DNA of 64,000 nt from Lama glama (GCA_028534125.1 CM052832.1:34596001-34660000), one strand, 5' to 3'; shown: positions 38,110-50,462, numbered from the stretch's first letter. Translations and numbers: made by a program. Notes: generated by a model not told the origin, from the sequence alone.

Positions 38110-38782
38110 TCAGAAAGTCACAAGTGTCAGTGAGGACGTGGGGACACTGGAACACTTGTAAACTGTTGGTGGGAATGAAAAATGGTGCTTCGGCTGTGGA
38201 AAACAGTACGGAAGTTCCTCAAAAATTAAACACAGAATTGCCATATGATCTAGCAATTCCATGTATACTCCAAAGAATTAGAAGCAGGGTCTCGAACAGA
38301 TATTTGCACCCCCACATTCATAGCAGGAACACTCACAACAGCCGAAAGGTGAAGGCAGCCCAGAAGGATGCCCACCCAGAAGAATGAGTGGGCATCGGCG
38401 GGCAGTCCCTCCACACACAGAGCCACGCCGAGCCCCAGGAAGGAAGGCCCTCCTGAGACTGGCTGCGACAGGACGGCCTTGCCGACATCGTGTTCAGTGA
38501 GCTAAACCAGTCACAGAGAGCAAATACTGAATGTCTCTCCTTCCGTGAGGTCCCCAGAGGAGCCTGATTCATCAACAGAAAGTAGATGGTGGTTTCCAGG
38601 GGCTGGGGGGGAGGGATGTTAGTGTCAAAGAGGACAGAGTTTCAGTTTGAGAGATGAAGAGCTCTGGGCAGGAACCGAGGTGACGGCTCACAGCACTAGG
38701 TGAACGTACTTAATGCCACTGAGCTGTGCACTTAAAGACAGTACATTTTACTTCTGTGTATTTTACCACAATTAAAAATATA
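38110..38782 (+). mobile_element. L1MB-like 3' end
   Basis: caagtgtcagtgaggacgtgg...ctgtggaaaacagtacggaagttcctcaaaaattaaacacagaattgccatatgatctagcaattcc...ttttaccacaattaaaaa. Confidence 0.9.
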
Positions 38783-38945
38783 CATCAGTGATCTTTTCCT
38801 TTCTGTTTCCAAGCAACCCTACCTTTTGGGTTCACAGGAATGGTAAATAGTGGGGCCAAAGGCGAAGAGTGAGCCAAGAGGAGGAAAGAGGGTTAGGGTT
38901 GGGGGGGGAGGAGGGAGGTCTCCCAGGGAGGGTGGCGGTGGGGGT

Positions 38946-39045
38946 NNNNNNNNNNNNNNNNNNNNNNNNNNNNNNNNNNNNNNNNNNNNNNNNNNNNNNN
39001 NNNNNNNNNNNNNNNNNNNNNNNNNNNNNNNNNNNNNNNNNNNNN
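38946..39045. other. Assembly gap (100 N, probably unsized)
   Basis: Run of exactly 100 N with G-rich flanks. Confidence 0.99.
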
Positions 39046-39249
39046 GGGGAGGGGGAGGGGGAGGGAGGGAGGGCCAGAGAAACTAGCACTGAGGCCCCTG
39101 GCTTCCAGGCAGGAAGGGTTACTCTGCACTGTGTCACCGGGAAACAGGGCCACTGGGGAGCCCAAGCAGCAACATAAGAAAGAGAAAGCATACGTACACA
39201 GAAGAGGACGCATCAACGTAGAAGGGTTGCCTCTGTGCTTTTTTCCCTT

Positions 39250-39570
39250 CTGGTAACTAAATATATGGTCATTGGAGAAACTTTGGAAAATACAGAAAAG
39301 CACCCATAAAAATTAAAAATCCCCGTTACTCCAACACTCAGGGATACAACTGATACTTTGGACTATTCTTTTAAAAATTTTTATGCACGGAGTCCATAAA
39401 AGTTTTCAACCTTTATCAACGTTGTTCTGAAACTTTGCTTTTTACCTAACAACATAAGAGAATGTCTCCCCATCAAGAAATGCTCATCCCTGCACACGTC
39501 TGGAGTGGCACCCGGTGTCCCATTCTGCGGGTGGGTGTCCCGTTTGTTTCAGTTCACATCCCACTGGACA
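39250..39570 (-). mobile_element. Ancient L1ME-like 3' end remnant
   Basis: gaaactttggaaaatacagaaaag...aaaaatccc...ctttgctttttacctaacaacat. Confidence 0.5.
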
Positions 39571-41980
39571 CTGCCGGACGCCACAGACCCTTCTGAGTCC
39601 CGAGTGCGGTGCCTGAGGGGCTGGGGGCTGCGGCTGGACAGGTCCACGGGGACCCAGCTCCTGTCTTCAAGGGTCCATATTAGGGAAGAAAGTCGATCAA
39701 CCAGCAACTGCAGTCGAGAACGGCCCGTGGCGTGCTGCAGACACGGCGGATGCCAAACCAAGTGCCGGGCTGTCGCCTTCTGGCAGTAGTTCCTGTTTTC
39801 TTGAACAGCGTAATTTTCATTTTAGCTCTTACTCCACTAGGATAATGGAAATTCAGTCTCAATTCACTGTGATGGCTCCCCTCTCCTTGAGGTGTTAGTA
39901 AATTTGGCGCTGCTTCCGTGGTGCCAGGCAGTGGGGGGTGGTCCCGAGGGGTGTCCACTCACACCCTGAACACGCACCTGCACAGGCACACGGAGCCCTC
40001 CCTCTGCAGCCCCTGCCCTCCCCACCAGCGGTAACCGTTCCTCCAGCAAGCTGCACTCGGGCTCGCTCCCTGCTTCTCTTACTGGGAGGCCAGGGCAGTG
40101 CTCCCTTCTCAGGGAGCCGCTGACAGCCGTGCACACATGTCTCCTTCTGGCGTCCTTCCTCAGCTCTGAGCATTTTCTCTGGTCAGAGTGGGAGTCCAGA
40201 AAGGGTGAAAGGGTTGTTCTTCCTTAAACCCCCAGCTTCCTTATGTCCTCTTTCTTCTCCCCAGGAACCAGTGTCTTTGGGTTACAAGAGCCACGTCATC
40301 TTCTGTCTGCCCTGGGAGTGAGCAGGCGGGTGCACCCAGTGGGGACATTTTTTCAATATTTCAACAACAGTATCCTTCACCGAGCCAGAAGGGTGTGACT
40401 AGGGACGCCTCCAGGAGGGTGAAGAAATGCCTCCAGAAAGAGACCGGTCAGACCTGCGGCCTGGGGGAGAGAAGGGTGCCCAGTGGCCGGGGCAGCAGGG
40501 GCCAGCTTCCAGGAGAGAGGAGATTCCTGTGGGCAGCACTTCAGCAGGACTGACAGGTGAGAAATGAAGGCAGAGGTGTCCGACGACCCGCCGATCTCCC
40601 TCCAGGTAGAGATCTCCGTGGAGACCTGACCCAGACGGAGAGGAAATGGGGGCAGAGATGTCTTGTTTGCTCGGATGATGCTCTGTGAAGCCGCCATCCT
40701 GCCTGTGCCTGTGGGGACAGGGAGGAACTGCAAATCGTAAATTCTAAAGAGAAGCAGCAGCTTCCAAGTGTCATAAAACGTCCGCAGATTCCAAACTCTT
40801 GCCATTTGCTCGAGGGTTGGGATCAAAATGGACTTCACAATGATCGTGCCAGACACCTGCTGAGAGCCCCCAGGCCCCTGCCTTCCAGAGGGCCTCCGAG
40901 GACAGCCACGGGCCACACGCCGTCCTGCTGGGGGACGGGGTGCCTGTAGCAGCCCAGAATTCGCAACTCCCCACCGCTTCGGAAGGTGTCCGGCCACCTG
41001 CCTGGGCTGATTTAGGTGTGACCCCGGGCACTTCTCGCCAGGGAGGTGCTGTCGGGCAGGGTCAGCTTTTCTGGCCCGGCAAGCTTGTCCACACACTCCA
41101 CGTGGAAGGGTTTACTTGTCAAGGAAACTGAATCCCATACAGCCAAACAAGCCCTGTGTGTAAAGAAAGGTTTACAAACGTGTGGCCTTGAGAACAAGCT
41201 GAGAGCGCAGAGTCCCTTTGAAACCCTCCTTCAGATGTGACGAGCTGATAAATCGCTTGAGAAGAGCTTGCTGTGAATACTGACTCGCGTCCATGCACTC
41301 TTGCTGAGCAGAGAGAGCCCCCAGATCAGTATAGATCATTTCTTCCCCTTATTTCTATCTGGCTACCACCTAGTAAATTCAAAATTATTCAAATCTAATA
41401 CTCTGGGGCTCCACATGCAAAGTAAACACATTTCTGACAGCTCCACACTGTCTTCAGCTGCAAGGATGTTAACCCCACAGGCTGCAGCCCTGCCCCCATG
41501 TTCCTGCTGGACCAGCAGGCCGGCAGCCGCCAGAGCTGGTGGGGGCGGGGTGTGCCCTCGTGTGGCCTCGGGGAGTCCGTCTCATCTGTGCTCTCTCCAC
41601 ACACACTTTCATGTAACTTTTCACATTCAGGATGCTACCGAACCTACAACTCCTTCCTTTAGCAACAGCAACAAAACAGAAAGAAACATTGACAGCGACG
41701 TGCCTGGCTTTGCGAGACCTTGTAAAACGCAGCTGGAGGGGAGAGGGCTGTTGTGCCCTCAGACGGTGCCCAAGGGCGGGAGGGGCGCTCTGTGCTGGGA
41801 CGCGTTTGGCAGGCTTTTTAGAACCAGCCGAACACTCTGAGATCTGATTTTAGGGGTGGGCACAGCAACCAGGAAGGAAGCAGGCTGTCGAAAGCAACAG
41901 AAGGAGGAAGTATTTAAAAAGCTACAAGATGAGTGTTTAATAACACACAGCCCATGACAGATTGTGTTCTTAAAAAAGTC

Positions 41981-41986
41981 TTTATT
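41981..41986 (-). terminator. IRF4: IRF4 polyadenylation signal AATAAA
   Basis: TTTATT on +; GT-rich downstream tract on - (tgtcatgggctgtgtgtt); ATTAAA variant at 41941-41936; other AATAAA copies at 42280-42275 and 43857-43852 could be proximal sites. Confidence 0.75.
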
Positions 41987-44674
41987 TGTCAAGTGCCTAA
42001 AACATCAGATCATCACCAATGTCAATCTGCTTTGAAAAGCGATTTACACCAGAATTCATGACAGCATCACGTACAGTTGTCCGAGGACGGTTGGGACTGG
42101 CTCTTGAGACGCCCTTGCCCGGGAGGCTGGGCAGCAAGATGAACCAGCCCAGCCTTGGGGTGAAGTCCAGAGGCCACTGCGTCCTCTCCCTCTGCACAGA
42201 GGGACGCGGGAGCCAGCCCTGCCCGCCAGGCCCCGCTCCTCTCCAAGAGTCTGAAGCAAAGTGTGAGCTTACAGTTTATTTTCTGTTCCACGCCTCCTGT
42301 GTCTTCTCCACATTGGCTGTACCCCCTCCCCCACATGGAGGGGTGGACAGCAGGGAAGCTGACAGGGGCTGCCTCCTGTGACGGCTCATCCAGAGTCAGC
42401 AGGGGTGCGGTCGCCCACGCTGCCACCGGCCAGTCTCCAGACAGGAAGGCAAGGTGCGAAATGAGCTGCATTTAGTCGGCACCAGTCAGCTACAGACTGT
42501 CTAGGGAGACACGCCATGAGAACAGAGAGCTTAAGGGAGCTCCCCACTGTCGGAAAGCATTCACCTGTGGGGAAGTGGAAAACTGGGACCAAACAGGAAT
42601 GAAAGCGGGTTGAACTGCATCTGGGTTTTTCCTAAAAAAAATGACTGATGCAAATAAACAAACAAACAAAAGACCTTCACTGGTGCAGCCCACACGGGCA
42701 CCAGCCGCGCCTGGAACTCTGCTCGGCCTTGAGACAAGCCCCCTCAGACCCGCACCGAGGCTCACACGCAGTGACACGAGGGAAAGCCTTGTTCACGCCT
42801 GAGCCCGAGGCCACGTTCTCCCTGTGGCCGGGCTCAGCTGTGCCCCTGTGACGCCCGCGCCGTCGTGGGCTCGTGCCCTGGCAGGCGGTGGAGCCTCTCC
42901 CGGGGGAGCAGTCTCTCCGGCTCAGACACAGCAAACACGACCGTCCTGCTGGTTCTCTGCCCCGCCTGCCAGCGACCGAGGGGCTCCCAGGGCTCTGGTC
43001 TCATGCGAGCTCCCTGCAGTGGTCAGAGGACACAGTCACTGTCCACAGCTCTACTAAATCCCAGGAACAAGGTTGCCTGGGGCTCACGCATCCCTCCCTG
43101 CCGTCTCCAAGCTCTTCAGAACAAGGGCCTAAGCCCACAGCCCCCTCCGCTGAGAACAGCCTAGGGTCAAGGAAGGAGGCCCTTCTCGAGGTCCTGAGAC
43201 AACTGTCAGGACCCTTTGCTGGCCGGCTGCATGGTCAGTTCACTTACAGGCTTACACTCTGGGTCTCTCCGAACTGAAGGACACACGAATGTGCACTGAC
43301 CAGAGGGGCCTGGCCCAGGCCACCAGCATTCTGCAGAAAGGTGGCCCCAGAGCAAAGCAGCTTGATACTAAAAAGGGGAGAAAAAAAGAAAAGGGTCCAA
43401 ATACCGACTGAGACTGAGGGTCTGCTCGGGGAGCCGGCCGAGCCACAGCGGCACCCCCGCCCATCTCCTCCCGGGGTAATATACCCCAAACACTCGCATC
43501 TATGAGATGCGCCAGTCACTGCTGCCCACGGAACACAGTCTACTGTCAGGTTCATCCTGAGTGGCTGAGGGACCCCTGCAGGGTGTCCTCGCCCCGTGGC
43601 AGGGTCCCCACTAACCCTCTGAGAAGAACGAGGTAACTCTGTACTGCTGGATTTAGGGAGCACAGAAGCCAGTGCGTCGTGAGCCCAGAGCTCTTTAATT
43701 TCCGTAAGTTTATAGAAAAGTGAAATGTATTGGGAGAATCCAATGCTGCTTGTGCACAGTTCTAGGGGGGAGGATTTGGGCTGGAAAAAAGGAAGATTTG
43801 TTTTGTTTTTGTTCTTTTATGCTGTTTACATTTTCTGTAGTTAATCTGTATTTTATTACTAAAAACTCCTTCAAAAAAAAAAGAAATGGCATTCCAAGCT
43901 TCACTGCTCACTGAATCGGATAAAGGCTGTAATCTGTCTGTTGAACGAACGAAGAAGTGCAGACGAGGAAGAGCAGTGCGCACTGGGGAGGCGCAGGGCT
44001 CTCGCTGAACCTCCACACAGTGGCGGTTGCTTCCCGGTGGCACGGAAACACCAGCGGCTGCATCACCATCGAAACGCCTGCACTTTTCCAAATGGGACAA
44101 GTAAGCGATCAGGTCTGTTCGAGCCCGTGGGGAGCTTGGTGGTTCTATAAAAAGATGTGTTTGAGAAAAGCCCGTAGTTCTAAGGCCCTGTCAGACCATC
44201 AGTGGCATGAGGAAGCATGTAATGCACAAAATAAGCAGGAACGGTGCACTGAGTCTGCAGTTACGCATCTGTGAAGCCCCCCCACCCCCCGCAGGGCTCA
44301 CCCTCGGACAAGCACGGCCCCGCCCTAGTGTTGTCATGGACAACTGGTCACCAAACAAAACAAGCGGGACAAGAGGGGAAATGTCGTTCAAGTTTCAAAA
44401 TACATCTTTAGTACTTGCATTATTCACCTGGTTTTTTTCCCTCTTTAAGAAAACGTTTGAGCAAGAATTTCTACAGAATGAGAGACAAAATGGCAAACAA
44501 AAAATGCCTTAACCATTCGTTACCAGGCAAATACACTACTCAGGGGCAGCCCTAATGCTCTTTGGCTCAAAAAAATAGCAATGAGTCTAGAACTGGCTTC
44601 AGGGACACCCAGGAGAGCGGGCGGGGGTCTGCGTAAGGAGGCCTGGGGCCCACCCTGGGGAGGGCCGGAGGGCA

Positions 44675-44695
44675 GGCGGCGGCGGCGGCGGCGGC
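44675..44695 (+). repeat. (GGC)7 trinucleotide repeat, (GCC)7 in the IRF4 mRNA
   Basis: Read directly. Confidence 0.95.
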
Positions 44696-45108
44696 GGGAG
44701 TGATGCCCTCAGGCAGAGTCTGTTTCCAGGTATCGGTCCATTTCTCTTGGGGCGGAAACTTGGGTTTTACTTCCCTGAGATACAGCGCGGCTCTCGGACC
44801 CTTCCTCGTGGTCAGCACTGGTAAAGGTTTTCTCAGGCTTCAGGCAAGAGAGAGTCCACATCAAACTGAAGACGGCACTTTGGTAAACATAAACTGATTT
44901 TTGTGCTTTTCACATTCTCGTCAGCGCGGGGTCTGCAGACGGTGCTGGGTGTGGTGCTCCCTTTCGTCTGTCAGTCACATGGGGCAGGTTCTCCACACGT
45001 TCCCCTCAAGTGTTGAACTGAAGCCCCGGGTTCCCCGAAAGAAAGGTGGGGGTCCCATCAGCTGTCCTAGGACAGGTATTTACAGCACAGTGTCTGGCCT
45101 GACGGTCC

Positions 45109-45252
45109 TCACTCTTGGATGGAGGAGTGGCGGATGGACCTGTGGTAATCCTCCGGGCTGCCCACGTGCTCAGGTAAGTCGTAGCCCCTCAGGAGGTGCC
45201 CGCTGTTCTGCTGAGCGAAGTAATACAGCTGCCTGGCGAGGAGAGGTTCAAC
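45109..45252 (-). CDS. IRF4: IRF4 exon 9 coding part with stop codon
   Basis: ttgaag| acceptor; 144 nt; VEPLLARQLYYFAQQNSGHLLRGYDLPEHVGSPEDYHRSIRHSSIQE then TGA at 45111-45109; exon lengths sum to 1356 nt (451 aa) if exon 2 contributes 216 nt. Confidence 0.97.
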   Translation of the reverse strand, partial: VEPLLARQLYYFAQQNSGHLLRGYDLPEHVGSPEDYHRSIRHSSIQE

Positions 45253-47114
45253 CTTCAACAGAAGATTTTCAAGAGAGCGTTACTGAGCTACTCCTTCTGA
45301 CTCCGTGCGGCAGCCTCCACAGCTGAGGGTGAGGTCCAGGTGCAGGTTCGTAACACACCAGAACAAGTCCCACTGGGGGCTTCTGGAGAACTAACTTTCT
45401 GTTACATGCACCAGCCTATAAACAGAACCTCCTTAACTCTGGGTTTCAATTGACAGGACAGGTAGAGATGGCATCTGTAAACCAACTGCTGCCTGAAATT
45501 CACGTTTAACTAAGACTGAAGCAAATCAGGCAAGAACAACCAAATTAAAAGTAAGTTTGAGGCAATCAGGTAATTTAGGCCAATGGATTTATATTTCCAC
45601 ACCTGCAGTCTGACAGGCCTGAGGGCTCAGGGACTCACAATTCATGGACAACCTGGATAATCTGCATATTTCTAAACCAAAGATTTGAAAAAAAAAGCAG
45701 CAAAATCAAACAAAAACAAACTGATATTGTGAAAAAAAGAGAAGTTAACTGATCCCAAATTCATCAAGTTTGGTTATTAGTGTAGACCACGTTCACCAAA
45801 CAAATAGTCAACATTCAGCTCTTCCTGAACCTAAGTGTCTAAGAAAACCGAATGCTTTCTTTCAGCCAATCAAGTGTGCTGTTAATTGAGCCTTGGTGTT
45901 ATTTGAGACAGACCGACTTAAGCATGCCTCACAGGAAGTAACTGAAATACATCCATAGTTAAAAGGAGCAGAACTCCGGAGTGTTCCCACGTCCACCTTC
46001 CATCCCCTCGATTTCGGGATCCCGGCTGGGGACAATCCTTGCCCAACCAGGGCCAGTGTGTCCAGCTCCACAGGCTCGGGGTCACCATTGCCGTCTGAGA
46101 TGCTATCTCCCAGGGCCAAGATGCTTTAGTCCTTTGACAGTTGTTAACAAGGATCAGTTACTAAATCAACAATTGTATCGATCCCGGGAGAGAACTTGTG
46201 AGAAAACCCTAAAGTTTATGGGGACTATACTTTTGTTTATTGGTTGGTTGTTTTTTGATTTTACAATCAGGAAGGGGGGGGTGCATTAGAGAGCGCACGT
46301 TAGACAGTGTTTTATGTCAGATTTCAACAAGAACCGGTATCAGAACTAAAATCTGACCTGAATTTTGTTATTATTTGGTGTAATTTTTTACCTGTTACTG
46401 CTCATTATCTGGGCCCATTAATAACGCTTGAATGCAATGCAAAGTCTTCAAATTTCAAGTTCAAAAATCTTAAGTATTCAAAACTCTGTTTTCTGTGGCA
46501 AAGGAATGCTAAATGTTATTTATCTAAGTCCCGTTTCTTTCCTTTTTTGTGAAATGTTTCCTTGCCACGGGTGAATCCCATCTTAAACTGCTGGTGAACC
46601 TGGTGATGAGCTGACCCATTCGAAATGCTTGAACGGTTTAGCTTCTTCCAGATAACACATGCTCTTGGTTTCCAGCAATTAAATAATTTTTAAAATTCAG
46701 AAATAAAAGAGGATCTGGGGAACATCTGGAGGGGCCTACAAGATACACAAAAGTCAGTTTGGGAAAAGCTTCTCCCCCCAAGGGAAGATGAGCACTTGAA
46801 AAGCAGTATTAAGGGGGAAGAATTCTAAAGGGCAACATTCAGCTTCCATCCTGTTAAATCCCCACAAAGGGGGATACGACAACTTCCTTGAAGAACAAAG
46901 GACACAGGAAGGATGCAGCCAGGGCTGGGGGTCACGGGCGGGCGGCAGCGCGGGGTCACGGGCGCCGGGAGGTGGGTGGGCTCGGGCTGCGCTGCTTGCT
47001 GCACCTGCTTTGCCTGGTCACTGGACACTCATGTCTCAACCGAACCTCTCTGAGCGGGACCTTGCTCTCCATGCAGGCCAAGGAAACGCTATCATTAAGG
47101 CAGCAAACACTCAC

Positions 47115-47227
47115 GTGAGCTGTAATGAGCTTCCGTTGCCTCTGAGGGTCTGGAAACTCTTCCCCGAAGCACAGAGTCACCTGGAACCTCGGCAGAGGCC
47201 GGCCGTGGTGGGCGAACGCTTGGAGCT
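47115..47227 (-). CDS. IRF4: IRF4 exon 8
   Basis: ctgcag| ... |gtgagt; 113 nt; (E)LQAFAHHGRPLPRFQVTLCFGEEFPDPQRQRKLITAH. Confidence 0.97.
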
Positions 47228-49616
47228 CTGCAGGGACCCACAAGAGAGGCGTTCAGAACCCCACAGGGATGGGATGCAGGCTGGAGCAGGGAGCCCACGC
47301 CTACTCAGGGACCAGGGCAGGAGGCAGGGAGGGCAGGACCACCGCGCGTTCATGGAGTCCCTCCCGCAGGCTCCCGCCTTCACCTCGAGCGGACGCAGCC
47401 TAAGACCAGGGCCTGCACTTTGCAGCTGGGGACCCGTGAGGAGGCAAAGGCGGCAGAGAGGAATGAAGGAGGAGGAAAAGGAAGCGAAGCCACATCGAGG
47501 CAAGAGAATAATTTATACCAAAGAGAAATTCTCTTTAAAAAAATAGAATGGTCTGATTTGACCCTGGTCTACTCATGAACCTCATCTCAAAACTGCTGAG
47601 CCCTTAATCCGTCCTCGCCACCGGGACCTCCACAGGCGCGACGCAGACACCGCCAAAGCGGAGACTCAGCCCCAGCCGTGGGCAGCTGCATCCCAAACTG
47701 ACTCTGGGCCGACTTCTTGCCATGGGTTTGAGACTGGGGTGGGGGTGATGGGCTGCGAGCCTGTGGGTGTGGGTGTGGGTGTGTCCCGGCGGCTATACCG
47801 CCACGCGAGGGGCACCGCTGAGCCATGTGCTCCCCTGCGGGGCCCCGGCCCCCAGCCTCAGTCAGGGTGACAGTGCCCCGGCTGGCCCTGCCCTCCTGCT
47901 ACAGCCAGATGTCACGTCTGCAGAGCTGCGGCTGCCTTCTTATCAGATGAGCACCCCGGGCCCCTTGGGGCTGTCCCCGGAGCCGGCAGGTCCTGAAAGG
48001 GCAGATATCAAAGATTTCCACTGTTCTCTTCAACTGAAGAAAAGTTTCTAGCTAACTCAGTGGACCATTTGACTTCCTGCTTTTCTTTTTGTCTTCCAGA
48101 ATTCAAATCAAACCCAACCGGCTTAGTCAGAACATGTGAAAGGCTTCCACGCTGCGAGGTGGGCAGAGGCGCCCACACCACACAGGCTGCTCGCAGGGGC
48201 ACGGTGGCACGGTTCTCTGAAGGCCGGTAACCTGCGGACACTCGTGGGAGCCCTTCGCTGGAGGGGCTGCTCTGCGCAGCTGCAGTTCTGAGCTCACAGG
48301 CCTCTTGAACCTCAGTGACACCTCAGGATATAAAAAGAGGCAGCACTGGGCTAAGGGCACAGCCCTGGGTCACAGAGGAAGAAAAAGCAAAACAGCCCTT
48401 GCTCACAGATAAACGTGAAGTGAGTGCAGCCCTCCAGGCCCCGAGGCTCAGGCGCAGCTTCTCGCCTGGCCAGAAAGGGAGGAGGCCCCCTTCCTAGGTG
48501 TGAGGGACTCGGGGAAGAAGGGCCACTGCCCGGGGGCCTGCCGTTAGAGCCCCCGCCCTGCGGTGCCTTCTGAGCCTCAGCCCCACCGCCTCGGAGAGAC
48601 CCATACCCAGGCGCCCTCCAGGCCCCCGGGAGGCAGCTCCGAGGCTCCGGGTGGGCGGGGCAGCCAGCCCCGCGCGCCTTCCCACCTCGGGTGCCAGGGC
48701 TCGGCTCTCCCTCTTGTCCGGCCCTGCAGGGGACCGGTTGTCTGGGGATGCGTTTGCTTCGGCACAAAAAGAGAATTTGGGTGACCCCAAGCAAACTCGG
48801 GCAACTTCAACCCCACATTTGAGCAAGTGCCTCCGGCAGTGAGGCTCCAGGATGCCTCATCCTGTTACTTGACGTGAGTGGAGTTGAGCAGCACCTTCAG
48901 GGAGAGCAGAGGCACGAGAAAGCCCAGGACAGAGTGTTTCTGGAGGGGCACTTGCACAGGGTCATTAGCGACAATGCGGACGCTCGGAGAACTGCTTCTG
49001 CCCCAGAAGAGGCAACACGAGTCCAGACGTAAACGGACATTGGGCAAAGCTTCCTCCGTGTGGTGGCCAGCGCTCTCCACAAAAGCCAGCCCAGGGCTCA
49101 GCTAACTACCACGAGATCAAAACTAGGGACACGACACCTACTGGTTCTGGAAAACGTGATGTGAAACCTACAGAGACAGCTCATAACTTCCCTGCTGCAA
49201 AATCAGTTCAACACACTCAGCCTTGGTCCCACCTGCTGGAAGGCCTCTCTTGAGGGTGACACACCTCACAGCCAGAGTGTTAACAACATACTTCCAACCT
49301 TACAATTTTTCTAGGAAACTTAAAGGAGCCAAAACATCGGCAGACATGCTCGCTGAGGCCACACTGCCAGCCAGATGTGAGCCTTGTTAGCTGGTGAGTA
49401 CTTGGTGAACACCAGAACTTCGAGACCTCAGCCTGAACCACAGTCCTCCTGAGGTCAGCCTCCTTCTCACACGCCTCTGCTGATGGGGTGACAGGCGAGC
49501 CCCCCAGAAACCTACCCTGGGGCCTTGCCCGGCAGGCCCGGGGTTAACAGACGGAAGACCCCTGAGGCAGGTCCTCCCCCCAGGACCTCCATCCTGACGG
49601 AGATCAGCGGCCTCAC

Positions 49617-49970
49617 CTGACAAGAACTGCTGAGTGTCGAAGAGCTTGCAGGTCTGGTCTCTCTCCAGCTTGTTGGGCCGGTCGCTGCACAGCGCCAGGG
49701 GCCCGTCCCAGTAGACCCTGCTCTGGCACAGTCTCTTGGCGTAAAGCCCGTCGGGGGCCACCCAGAGGACCACACCCCTTTCCAGGTGGCCCAGCAGCTT
49801 CTCGATGTTCTTCCGATGGCCGCTGTCCTCCGGGAAGGGGAAGACGACCTGGTCCAGGCTGCTGGCATCGTAGGTGTGCCCATGGGAGATCCGGCAGCCC
49901 TCAGGGCTGGACGTGGTCAGCTCCTTCACCAGGACCTCCCGGTAGTAGAGGCAGATGTGGAGCCGGCAGT
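49617..49970 (-). CDS. IRF4: IRF4 exon 7 (IRF association domain)
   Basis: ttgcag| ... |gtgagg; 354 nt; (D)CRLHICLYYREVLVKELTTSSPEGCRISHG...KLFDTQQFLS(E). Confidence 0.98.
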
Positions 49971-50438
49971 CTGCAAACAAAGTTTCCAGGGTCAGCGCTG
50001 AGGAGCCGCGCCGCGCCGGACCCCCGCCCCGGAGGCCAAGCCGCTGACCAGGGCGAGGGGCATCTGGTGGGACGTTGCTGAGGGGCCAAGAGGACCCTGC
50101 AAGACTCACGTCCCTCCTGGGGACTCGGAGGGAGGTGGAGACGTCTGCCAGGAGTCTCCTCACTGCCCTCTAACTGGGCACTTTCCAAACACACATGACA
50201 CGGATTTACTTTTTGCTGGCGGGGGCACCACACTGGTGACGAGGACACTCGTCTCCAATACACTAAGTCCTGTGCTGCTGAGCAAAAAATGCATTTTAAG
50301 CCAGACAAGCAGTTCTGATTTTGGAAGAAGTAAACCCTAAGTTCAACTTTCAGCAAAAAAAGTACAATGGTGTTTGAGAAAAAAAGCAAATATTTCCACA
50401 CACCTGAAGCCGCCCTGAAGTGTCAGGATGGTGCTCCC

Positions 50439-50462
50439 CACACGCACACGCACACGCACACG
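50439..50462 (+). repeat. (CACACG)4 alternating purine-pyrimidine repeat
   Basis: Read directly; IRF4 intron 6. Confidence 0.9.

Larger units (their letters stand above)
41960..45108 (-). other. IRF4: IRF4 3' UTR (~3.1 kb; cleavage site approximate)
   Basis: Runs from the stop codon to the AATAAA at 41986-41981; its distal end (CATGAATTCTGGTGTAAATCGCTTTTCAAAGCAGATTGA...TGTTTTAGG) resembles my recollection of the human IRF4 mRNA 3' end. Confidence 0.75.

Noticed and set aside
47110-47119. CTCACGTGAG palindrome/E-box at the IRF4 exon 8 donor
   Set aside because: Fully explained by the Ala-His codons followed by the consensus GTGAGT donor.
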